Below, in pieces: positions 38,658 through 47,252 of a stretch of DNA of 64,000 nucleotides. Position 1 is the stretch's first letter, and each line of letters starts with the position of its first letter. The DNA lies in IMG/VR virus record IMGVR_UViG_3300026256_000121, positions 1-64,000 of that record; one strand, given 5' to 3'. Origin of the DNA: a virus. A model generated the notes under the pieces. It saw nothing but the letters and a program-made list of their open reading frames with translations, did no database searches and had not been told where the DNA came from. A program made the translations under genes and the position numbers.

Positions 38658-39603
38658 TTTTTTTCGCTTCTAATTTAGTTTGTAGTTGGTCTTTATATGT
38701 TTCGTTTTTAACCCTATCTACATAGTGAGAACTCATCTTACCATAACCGTGTCTCCACGCCATTTGTTTTAGAGTTTTTTCATCTTTACCTTTAAAATGA
38801 CTTGCTAATTCTTTGTCAGACATGTCAGCGTATTTCTGTTTGTTCTTAATAACGCTTGTTGGCATTCCACCTTCGTTAGTTCTTTTTAAAACTTTTTGTA
38901 CATCTGGATGGCTTGATAACCCTTTTGCAAGTTTTTCAATAGCCTTAACTGCACCTGAATAGTTACCTTGTTTGTATCTAGGGTCATTTGCAATTCCGTA
39001 TGCTTGTTTGATTTGTTGTGAAGTAAACTTAGTTTCTTCTTTAACTTTTTTCTTTTTATGAGTTTTACCACAACTTTCACAGATTTCTTTACCACAGCTA
39101 CAATTACATGTAGACTCTGATACTTCGTCAAATTTTGTTTGGTAATCTAAATGATGGAAAACAGTACCAAGATAGTCAGATGCTTTAGTAATTTTAGCTG
39201 ATACCCAACCGTCTAATCCTTCTGCTTCACTCATACCTTTAAGCATGTCATGAAGTTTAATAGAATATTTTGCGGCTTTATATAACTCGCCTCTAGCGAG
39301 TTGGATTTCATGATCTTGCTCAACTTTATGAGCTAAGTCACCTAAGTTTTCTTGAACTTCTTCTTTATCTTCTACTGGTTTTAATGTTTCTTTAACTACA
39401 TCAAAACTAGTTGGTACTTTACCTGTCATTCTCTTTAAAATTCCACGGCCAACTTCTTTTGGATCCTTACCTGCTGGTACATTAACTATAATAGAGTTAG
39501 GCACCTCACCACCAGTATTTGGTGGCATTTTAATATTTTTTATTCTAACAACCATATCCTCTTCTAATTCAACTTCTTGTTTTATAATTTCTTTTTCTCG
39601 CAT
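38647..39603 (-). CDS. Modular putative capsid-internal polyprotein (start revised)
   Basis: Late motif GCTAAATA at 39620-39627; modules bounded by x-x-E; shares a module with 39623..41935. Confidence 0.6.
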   Translation of the reverse strand: MREKEIIKQEVELEEDMVVRIKNIKMPPNTGGEVPNSIIVNVPAGKDPKEVGRGILKRMTGKVPTSFDVVKETLKPVEDKEEVQENLGDLAHKVEQDHEIQLARGELYKAAKYSIKLHDMLKGMSEAEGLDGWVSAKITKASDYLGTVFHHLDYQTKFDEVSESTCNCSCGKEICESCGKTHKKKKVKEETKFTSQQIKQAYGIANDPRYKQGNYSGAVKAIEKLAKGLSSHPDVQKVLKRTNEGGMPTSVIKNKQKYADMSDKELASHFKGKDEKTLKQMAWRHGYGKMSSHYVDRVKNETYKDQLQTKLEAKKNEN

Positions 39604-39622
39604 AGTATTATCCTTACTGTAT

Positions 39623-41935
39623 TTAGCGTTTAACTGCGCCGCCACCCATTAAATTATTACTCATGTCTAATGCATTTACGGCTGTACCATCAGCCTTCTT
39701 TTTTTGTGGTGCCTTAGGAGCTCCAAATTTACCTTTTTTTGCAGGTTTATGTTTAGCAATTACAGGATTAGCCACAGTTGCGATATTGCCTGCACTTGTT
39801 GATCCAGCTGTAGCTGTTTCGCCTATTTCTTTCATACCATCATATATTTGTGATTCATAATTTTCAGCGTTTTCTTTATCATAATTAACTTTCCACGTTG
39901 CTAATTCTCTATATCTACGTCTTACTTCATCAGCAAGTTCCGGATCGCTTTTCATATAGCGTTCTAAACTATAAAGAGTTTTCATTTTTTCTCTATAGTC
40001 TTCTAAATCTGTAACGCCAAATTTTTCTTCAGACATAAATGCTTCCTTTTTATCTTTTGATAATGTTTTTGCTTCTTCTTCATCATCGTCATCATATTCA
40101 CGTCCTGGAACATTTGTTAGATCACGTGCGGCAGTACCAAATTCTTTTTCATCATCATCTGTCCAGTCGTCATCTTCTGGATCTCTATTACTAGGATGAT
40201 CTGGCCAATTCATTTCATCATTTGATGGATCAATACGTCCCCAATATTGGTGTTCGCTTGAGTAGTCTTTAGTTGAATCATAAAATTCGTGGTCTTGAAC
40301 TCTATCACTATTTTTGCCATCTAGCCATTTATCAAATGCTTCGTCATAATTTTTTGCAGGTACTTTATAGATGTGCATTTCTGTTGGTGTATCAGTAATC
40401 ATATGCGTACCTTCTGCATCGGCATCATAATCATCTGGATCTAACCAGTTACGTCCGATCGGATTTGATTTGTGCCACATTGATGAATATGCTTTATGCG
40501 ATTTTGAATCAAGATCTTCGTTTGCTCTTTTTAATGCGTTAGCAACGTCTGGATGTTTTGATAATCCTTTTTTAAGTTTTTCAATAGTATTTGATGCTCC
40601 AGTGTAATTGCCATCTTTATATCTTTTATCAAAAGCAATACCTTTTGCTTGTTTAATTTCTTTATCAGTTGGTTTTTCTTTATCTTCTTTAATTGCATTA
40701 CAATCACAATGAGGACAATCTGGTGGACAATGACATTCGCTAACTGGCACACCACAACAGGCTTCAGGACACATTTTTTCTTTTGCTTCACCTATATCCC
40801 ATGGATGTTTCCAATCACGTCTTTTAGTAGCTTTACCTAATGCATCTGTAGGATGTTCAAGATCTAGTTCATCGCGGTTCATATACTTTGTGTCACCGTT
40901 TTGAAATTCTACTTTATATACTCCAGCTTTAGGATCAGCTTGTATTATTTTTACTCTACGTCCTTTAATTGTTCTTACAACTGTTCCAACTCGATCGTCA
41001 ATAAATTCTTTAATGCTTTCGCCGTTTGATCTTGTTTTATATACGTTATGTATTTTGTCAATTGCGTCTGGCCAACCGTCTACAATAACTCTTGCCATGC
41101 TTTCAGCTTTGAACTTATCTCCATCTAATACGTGTTGAGCCATTTCTAACCCATAGCCTAAATGAGCTTGGGCGACTCCTAAAAGTCTTGCTGGAGCATT
41201 TTCATCACTTTCGTCTTGTATATCTTCTTGTGGTTGTGCTTCGGGGTCGTCTTCATCTTGTATATAGTCATAAAGTTTTTTACCACCGTATAAGATTGCA
41301 ATAATTGCCGTTGCCGGTAACGCCCATTTTACTGCCACTTGTGCAAGTGCTTTGATAGTTTCATTATCAAGCATATCACCTACAAGTTCTTTGATGTGAT
41401 CAAATAATTCATCTACTTCAGTATAAATTTTTGCACCTACGCCTAATATTGTAGCTTTAATAGGATGTTTAAGAATTTGTTTTCCTACGCCTTTTGCTAC
41501 ACTTCCAGCACCTTTGGCAATCTTTGGTGCTACTTTTATTGCACCTTTACCTGCCGCTTCTGCACCTTTTTGAATAAGTGGTTTGGCATTTTTTGCTATA
41601 TTAGCCGCCGCACCTGCTCCGCTCTGAGCTCCTTTTTTAATTATTTCTTTTGCACCCTTTTTTCCAAGGAATCTAAGCACATGAGGAGCACCTATTCTAA
41701 CAGCGGTTGCTAATGCTGGTATTAATAATGGTAAGAAAGCAAGTTCAGTTAAGTGCTGAACATCTTCATTTGTGAATTCGTCTTTGTATTTTGCTTTGCG
41801 TGGAATTTCTTTAGTTTTATCACCATGAGATCCAGCGGCACCACTCTTTTTAAGATCTTGCATTTGTTTCCAGTTAGGATCGCGGGGTTTTACTACTCTG
41901 CCATCCTTGTATTTTTTAAGCTCGTTAAATCTCAT
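39623..41935 (-). CDS. Modular putative capsid-internal polyprotein, 770 aa
   Basis: MRFNEL; amphipathic, Cys-rich and acidic modules; late motif at 41954-41961. Confidence 0.6.
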   Translation of the reverse strand: MRFNELKKYKDGRVVKPRDPNWKQMQDLKKSGAAGSHGDKTKEIPRKAKYKDEFTNEDVQHLTELAFLPLLIPALATAVRIGAPHVLRFLGKKGAKEIIKKGAQSGAGAAANIAKNAKPLIQKGAEAAGKGAIKVAPKIAKGAGSVAKGVGKQILKHPIKATILGVGAKIYTEVDELFDHIKELVGDMLDNETIKALAQVAVKWALPATAIIAILYGGKKLYDYIQDEDDPEAQPQEDIQDESDENAPARLLGVAQAHLGYGLEMAQHVLDGDKFKAESMARVIVDGWPDAIDKIHNVYKTRSNGESIKEFIDDRVGTVVRTIKGRRVKIIQADPKAGVYKVEFQNGDTKYMNRDELDLEHPTDALGKATKRRDWKHPWDIGEAKEKMCPEACCGVPVSECHCPPDCPHCDCNAIKEDKEKPTDKEIKQAKGIAFDKRYKDGNYTGASNTIEKLKKGLSKHPDVANALKRANEDLDSKSHKAYSSMWHKSNPIGRNWLDPDDYDADAEGTHMITDTPTEMHIYKVPAKNYDEAFDKWLDGKNSDRVQDHEFYDSTKDYSSEHQYWGRIDPSNDEMNWPDHPSNRDPEDDDWTDDDEKEFGTAARDLTNVPGREYDDDDEEEAKTLSKDKKEAFMSEEKFGVTDLEDYREKMKTLYSLERYMKSDPELADEVRRRYRELATWKVNYDKENAENYESQIYDGMKEIGETATAGSTSAGNIATVANPVIAKHKPAKKGKFGAPKAPQKKKADGTAVNALDMSNNLMGGGAVKR

Positions 41936-41956
41936 AGTTTTTCCTAGCTTTAGTAT

Positions 41957-43447
41957 TTATGCTTTTGCTAGTTTCGTAGCTGTAGCATACATAACTGCTT
42001 TAGCGTCATCACCATAGCGTTTTGCGAAGCCTTTTTTGTCTTTTTTCATACCTTTAACAATACGTTCTTTGTCTTTTTCTTGACCTTTTGTAAGCTCACG
42101 CTCTGTAGCTGGATTTCGTCCTTTTCTAGCCAACTGTCTTGGAGAATTATCTATATCATGTATAGTATAATTTTTACCGTCCCAATCAACATCCTGTCCT
42201 GACAGGAGTTCGTAAATTTTCTTTAGTAATTTTGGGTCGTATTCTGATTTGCCATATCCTTTTTGTGGCTGTCTAACTTTATCAGCAACAAAGTCTTTAA
42301 AATCGCTGTATTTCATTTTTAAATCACCTTCAATAATAGTAGATTCTTTAAAATGTTGTTGTAAGTTTTTAGCAGTTCTTTCAAACTTATGGTCTTTATG
42401 TTTAAAGCCCACTCCACCAGCACCTTCCCATTTAGCAACATTTTGCCCAAAGTCATCAATTAAGATGTTTGGTGTTCCATCTTTTTGTACAGCATATTGT
42501 TTTTTATTAGTTGTAATAATAACATCATCGGGTGGAAATGCTTTTAAATTCTTTTGCACCCATTCTCTTTTACTAGGCTCAACTCTATGATCGTCTGCCA
42601 TCGGTGCAGAAAGAATTATGTAACTTCCTTTAATTTGTTTAATAATGCCTAATAGATTATCGGCATTAGATGTTGGTTTTAGTTTAGTCCAAAAGTCTGG
42701 AGTATTTCTAATTTTATCAAGTCCTACATTTACATTCGAAATGTCTTTCCAAGTTTTAACTCCCATTAATTTAGTCCAAGCACTAAAGAAATCTACAAGT
42801 ACTCCATCCATGTCTACATAAATTTTGCTGTTACTTGATAAACCTTTAGCTTCTTTTTCTTGTAGGTTATCTGGAACATCAAATTGCCATACTTTACCCT
42901 TACCAGTTGTTCTTATTGCCGCGGTAAGTCTTGTATTACCACCTACAAGCTCTAACCATCCATCACTATAACTTGCAACAATAGGTAATTCAATTTTACC
43001 TGTTTGTAATTGTTGTACTACTCTTTTTTTCCGTACAGGATCTATTTTATCCCAATCTTTTACGTTACCAGCTTCAGTATTTTTAATCTTTTTAACTGTT
43101 TCAGCATCATAGTCTACTACTTTACCTTTTTTAGCAAGAGCAATCCATTTATCTTTACCTATATTTTTAAATTCCTTGTAACGTTTTGCTTCGCCCCATT
43201 CATTATCAAAGTTAGGGTCAGTATATGCAATAGAGTTTTTTGATTCTGACATTCCTAAATTAAAAAGTGTATTAGGGTTAGTATTTTTGTATGCTTTATC
43301 GTGCATAAAGTAGCCAGGACGGCCATCTTTGTCAACTTTGTTTCCGAATTTAGCGGCTTGTTTTTTAATTTCGTCAGGGCCTACGTCAGATGTTTGATTC
43401 TGCTTTGTAATTCTGCCGACACCTTCGTATAACTGACGTAATTTCAT
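41957..43447 (-). CDS. Modular protein with ParB/Srx-like and NT5C-type HAD nucleotidase domains
   Basis: MKLRQLYE; LPIV..LVGGNTRL; IYVDMDGVLVDF..ILIDD..W..AGG. Confidence 0.7.
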   Translation of the reverse strand: MKLRQLYEGVGRITKQNQTSDVGPDEIKKQAAKFGNKVDKDGRPGYFMHDKAYKNTNPNTLFNLGMSESKNSIAYTDPNFDNEWGEAKRYKEFKNIGKDKWIALAKKGKVVDYDAETVKKIKNTEAGNVKDWDKIDPVRKKRVVQQLQTGKIELPIVASYSDGWLELVGGNTRLTAAIRTTGKGKVWQFDVPDNLQEKEAKGLSSNSKIYVDMDGVLVDFFSAWTKLMGVKTWKDISNVNVGLDKIRNTPDFWTKLKPTSNADNLLGIIKQIKGSYIILSAPMADDHRVEPSKREWVQKNLKAFPPDDVIITTNKKQYAVQKDGTPNILIDDFGQNVAKWEGAGGVGFKHKDHKFERTAKNLQQHFKESTIIEGDLKMKYSDFKDFVADKVRQPQKGYGKSEYDPKLLKKIYELLSGQDVDWDGKNYTIHDIDNSPRQLARKGRNPATERELTKGQEKDKERIVKGMKKDKKGFAKRYGDDAKAVMYATATKLAKA

Positions 43448-44049
43448 TATGCCGCCCAAACATGAGTTGCACCACGTTGTTTTCCAATACGTGCAATTTT
43501 ATTCATCATCATTATTACTTCATTAAAGTAACCTTCACGTTTGCCGCCACCAATCATTGTAGCACCGCCGCCACTTTTATCTACTGTAGTAGGTTCCTCT
43601 GCTGAACGTTTGCCTATATGTCGTTTTAACCATTGAGTAGTGAATGCAATGAACTCGTCTATAGGGACATTAGAGTCCGGATCTCCAAATCCAAGCTCGT
43701 CAAACACTTCACGCATATTTGAATTAGACAAATTTAAATCTAGTTCTGGATCGTAATCAGGATTTTCAGGTGGTTCTTCATCACCATACATATACTTGTC
43801 TGAATTTTTATAAAAGTCATCACCATAACGGCTTCCTGAATCAGTATCGCTAGTCCAGTAACCTTTTTCTTTGTCTTTATGACCTGCGGCAAAGCTCATA
43901 CTTTCATTAGCTTTATTATTGCCTTTGTTTTTAAAGTCAAATCTGTTATTTGGACCAATACCTTTTTTATGTATTAAACCTTGTGGCTTAATTGTTTGAG
44001 GCATTATTATCCATTCTTGTTTGTAACCTAAAACTTCAGTTATTTTCAT
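43447..44049 (-). CDS. Putative capsid-internal protein
   Basis: MKITEVL N-terminus; ANE module boundary. Confidence 0.55.
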   Translation of the reverse strand: MKITEVLGYKQEWIIMPQTIKPQGLIHKKGIGPNNRFDFKNKGNNKANESMSFAAGHKDKEKGYWTSDTDSGSRYGDDFYKNSDKYMYGDEEPPENPDYDPELDLNLSNSNMREVFDELGFGDPDSNVPIDEFIAFTTQWLKRHIGKRSAEEPTTVDKSGGGATMIGGGKREGYFNEVIMMMNKIARIGKQRGATHVWAA

Positions 44050-44264
44050 TTTTTACGCCCCCTAAATGGTACGTTACTTGCAACCATGAAAGGTCTACTA
44101 AACCAAAGTTTGAACCAATCTTCTGTACCTGGTTTAATACCTTGTTCTTTTTCTTTTTTCTTTAATGCCGCGGCAGTTATACTAGGATTCTCGTCTATTT
44201 TGTATTCAGAGTATCCTTGAAACTCGTTAACCCCTGCTAATTGTTTTAATCTTTCTATATCCAT
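44046..44264 (-). CDS. Small putative virion protein
   Basis: MDIERLKQLAGVNE; IKPGT..WFKLWF. Confidence 0.6.
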   Translation of the reverse strand: MDIERLKQLAGVNEFQGYSEYKIDENPSITAAALKKKEKEQGIKPGTEDWFKLWFSRPFMVASNVPFRGRKK

Positions 44265-44265
44265 T

Positions 44266-44433
44266 TTACTTTTTATCTATTCCACAATATTTACTTGCTT
44301 CGTCTACTTTGCCCATGCTAATTTTATGAAATGTTTTCATAATGTTTTTATGCTTTACGTTATTCGGACATGAACATTGCCATTGATACATCGCTTCGCA
44401 TTTTACACAATATCTAGACTTTAGTTTACTGAT
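44266..44433 (-). CDS. Putative Cys-rich small protein with a non-canonical (ATC) start (not in track)
   Basis: AAGGAG SD then ATC; YCVKC..WQCSCP; fills an otherwise empty gap. Confidence 0.45.
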   Translation of the reverse strand: MSKLKSRYCVKCEAMYQWQCSCPNNVKHKNIMKTFHKISMGKVDEASKYCGIDKK

Positions 44434-45442
44434 TAGAATCTCCTTCTATTCGGGTTACGTTACTTGCGTCAAAGATTAATAAACCTTCAACAGCTTTATC
44501 ACTAACTACTCCATCATATCCTGCTTCTTTTAAGTCCATTGTTAGTATTGCTGAGTACATTTTATCTCCAGTATACTCCCAAGGTTTAAGTCCCATTTTT
44601 GCTTTGATATCTGCTACTTCGTCGCTTTGATAATCAGCTATTTTTAACCCTGGCTTTACTTTATACTTAACAATCTCACCATCAGCACCATGATGTATTG
44701 AAAATGCATTCGCGGCAGACTCAGTCCATGTAAGATAAACTCCTCTACCTAATGCACCTAGTCCTAAACCTTTGCCCCCTTTACCTTCTCCTCGGTAAAA
44801 TACGCCGTCTTCTTTCTTATATAAATGTGGATAAAAATCTGCTTCTGATTCTATTACTTGTATAGCTTCGCCTTGTATTCCTAATCCAGCACGAACTTTA
44901 TTGTATAACATTTTTCCTACTTTAGGATCTTTGCTACAAACACCAGATCTAAATGATTCAATGTCTCCGTCAACTGCCGCTTGTTTCATTTTACTAGCAC
45001 TCATACCTTCAGCACCTTCGGCATCTGGATCTCGTTGTCCTGCACTTATAACATTTATGGAATTAAATTGATAATCATCGCCACCGTTGTATTTGTTTAG
45101 TAATGTATCAAAAGATTCTACACGATCGTCACCAGCTACGTAGATAAGATCAGTATATTTTCTACTGTAAAGAAATTTGCAACAATCAATAATAGTTCTA
45201 ACACTATCATGCCCGATAGTAATTCCATTGCCGAAACATTTACGAGCAAAAAAAACTTTTTCTGCAAATGATAAAGGATCTGTTTTAGGTTTTTGTGTAT
45301 GACTTAAAAATAGGAAAGGATCGCCTGGCTGACTTGTAATTACATCAACTAATTTAGCGTGTCCAATTGTAGGAGGATTCATTCGCCCGAAGGCAAATAC
45401 AGCCGTTTTCCCGTCAGCTTCAGTAAGTTGTCGTAAGAGCAT
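44426..45442 (-). CDS. HxGH nucleotidyltransferase fused to an ADP-ribosyltransferase-like domain
   Basis: FGRMNPPTIGH, AGDDR, MSASKM; C-terminal FYRG..GRGVYLT..A..F..GYDGV. Confidence 0.7.
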   Translation of the reverse strand: MLLRQLTEADGKTAVFAFGRMNPPTIGHAKLVDVITSQPGDPFLFLSHTQKPKTDPLSFAEKVFFARKCFGNGITIGHDSVRTIIDCCKFLYSRKYTDLIYVAGDDRVESFDTLLNKYNGGDDYQFNSINVISAGQRDPDAEGAEGMSASKMKQAAVDGDIESFRSGVCSKDPKVGKMLYNKVRAGLGIQGEAIQVIESEADFYPHLYKKEDGVFYRGEGKGGKGLGLGALGRGVYLTWTESAANAFSIHHGADGEIVKYKVKPGLKIADYQSDEVADIKAKMGLKPWEYTGDKMYSAILTMDLKEAGYDGVVSDKAVEGLLIFDASNVTRIEGDSNQ

Positions 45443-45786
45443 TAATAATCACCTTTTTCAATTAGCTCCATTTCTTCGCCATAGATTTTTTCAATTAACG
45501 CATCAATTTCTTCGCTTTGCATCAAATCCTCTGGACGTTTAGGAATACTATATTTTGCACAATAGTGATTAATACCTTTGTTTACCATAGGCAATATTGC
45601 CTTTTTTGTATCAATTGGATTGCCTTGTTTTAGACGATCTTGCATATTAGCAATAGTTGGATAATACTGTTTACGATAAAACATAGGGTCGTTCTTCATA
45701 TGGACATGAAGGTCACTTACAACATCAAACCCTAAGTTAGGTTTGCTTTCATCGTTATGATCATCTATAAATTCATTAATTTTCAT
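45442..45786 (-). CDS. Putative capsid-internal protein
   Basis: MKINEF N-terminus. Confidence 0.55.
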   Translation of the reverse strand: MKINEFIDDHNDESKPNLGFDVVSDLHVHMKNDPMFYRKQYYPTIANMQDRLKQGNPIDTKKAILPMVNKGINHYCAKYSIPKRPEDLMQSEEIDALIEKIYGEEMELIEKGDY

Positions 45787-45788
45787 AG

Positions 45789-45899
45789 TTATTCTTCTTC
45801 TTCTGTTCTAGTACAGCATTCGCAACGCATTGTTGCAGTACACTCACAGGGATCGCAAGTACATTTTTTGTCCTTGCATTGGTCATTATTACAAGCCAT
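45789..45899 (-). CDS. Metallothionein-like 36-aa Cys-rich peptide (not in track)
   Basis: MACNNDQCKDKKCTCDPCECTATMRCECCTRTEEEE; AGGAGG SD; late motif at 45923-45930. Confidence 0.7.
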   Translation of the reverse strand: MACNNDQCKDKKCTCDPCECTATMRCECCTRTEEEE

Positions 45900-45941
45900 G
45901 ATGAAACCTCCTATGTATAGAGTATTTATCAGACTTTAAGG

Positions 45942-46211
45942 CTAGACAGAAATTTCGATATCGAAGTGATTATAACCTAAATCAAATAGTTTATGAGCAA
46001 TACGCTCAGCTACTACAGTAGATTCAGAATCTTTGAGGTTTTTGTGTGTTTCTACAGTTAATATAACGCCACCTTGTTCAGTTTCACCTATTTCGTAATT
46101 TGTTTCATCTTCAAGTAATGCTTCGTCGGCACATTCGAGGATTGAATCAACTACAACCTCGTCTACATCTTCTGGTTTCTTTTCCCATACTATATTAATA
46201 AAGTGCTTCAT
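45942..46211 (-). CDS. Acidic hypothetical protein
   Basis: 89 aa. Confidence 0.6.
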   Translation of the reverse strand: MKHFINIVWEKKPEDVDEVVVDSILECADEALLEDETNYEIGETEQGGVILTVETHKNLKDSESTVVAERIAHKLFDLGYNHFDIEISV

Positions 46212-46220
46212 ATTACTATC

Positions 46221-46562
46221 CTAATGATTTAATAGTACAGATGTTACTGTACCTGCTGTATATGTTACTGATACTCTAACATATACAAAATTACCGGTAA
46301 AATTCTTAAAATGACTATTGTTTGATGTACTTACTTCTGTACCTACAATATCACCCCAATCAGCTTCAACTGGTGTTGTTGCTAATGTACCTTGCATCTT
46401 AATTGTACCATTAAAGTTGACTAAATTATACTGAACAGTATGAAATCCATCTGCTCTGCCATAATATCCGTCACCTTTATATGCAGTTCCGTTGACAGTC
46501 ACTGAAGTGCTATCACCTGGGTGTACATTTTGGGTTAAAATTGTTTCGCTTGTACTGGACAT
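46221..46562 (-). CDS. Small beta-rich putative virion protein
   Basis: GDGYYG..G.HTVQY..NFTGNFVYVR; late motif 5 nt upstream. Confidence 0.6.
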   Translation of the reverse strand: MSSTSETILTQNVHPGDSTSVTVNGTAYKGDGYYGRADGFHTVQYNLVNFNGTIKMQGTLATTPVEADWGDIVGTEVSTSNNSHFKNFTGNFVYVRVSVTYTAGTVTSVLLNH

Positions 46563-46566
46563 ACTG

Positions 46567-47238
46567 TTATTTATCTACATCTTGCTTTAGAACTATTCTG
46601 TCTACCCTGGTAATATTGCCTGATAAGAAAAGCATTGCAAGGGTTAAAACCTTCTCATCACGCAGATACAAGTATTTGCCATTTACATATCCTTTTTGAG
46701 ATAATCGAGACATAAGCCCTGGACTAACACGGATTTTATCACCATTCTCTTTTGCCCAGTTATAAAAATTATAGTCTATTGAGTTCCCTCCAAGAGTTAC
46801 TTTAAATTCGTACTCAAACGGAGTATTTTTAATAATGATATTCTTATTTTTTAAAAGTAGATCAGCAGTATTATCTGCTGGCTCATAAAAGTCGCTAACA
46901 CGATGAAGTTTTTTACTTACGTGTTTAAGCCATGTATCGTCATTTGAAAAAAGGCCAACTTTACGCTGTTCACAGCGTACCATAAAAGATGATGCACTTT
47001 CAAGTTCACTAAGTAATATTTTTAAATCGTGTAAGTCATCTTGAGTAACATCAATATGCCGCATCGATGGCATATATCGAAGAGTTTCTTTTTCTTCTAA
47101 TTTAAATTGTAAATCGTCGATGACTGTTCTAGCATGACTAAAATTTTTATTACGAAAGATAAACCCTAATGGATTAACAACACCTAATTTATAAAGGTAT
47201 TTGTCATAAAATAGTTTAGTTGTTTCGTGTCGTATCAT
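46567..47238 (-). CDS. Hypothetical protein
   Basis: 223 aa. Confidence 0.6.
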   Translation of the reverse strand: MIRHETTKLFYDKYLYKLGVVNPLGFIFRNKNFSHARTVIDDLQFKLEEKETLRYMPSMRHIDVTQDDLHDLKILLSELESASSFMVRCEQRKVGLFSNDDTWLKHVSKKLHRVSDFYEPADNTADLLLKNKNIIIKNTPFEYEFKVTLGGNSIDYNFYNWAKENGDKIRVSPGLMSRLSQKGYVNGKYLYLRDEKVLTLAMLFLSGNITRVDRIVLKQDVDK

Positions 47239-47252
47239 AACCGCCTTCTATA

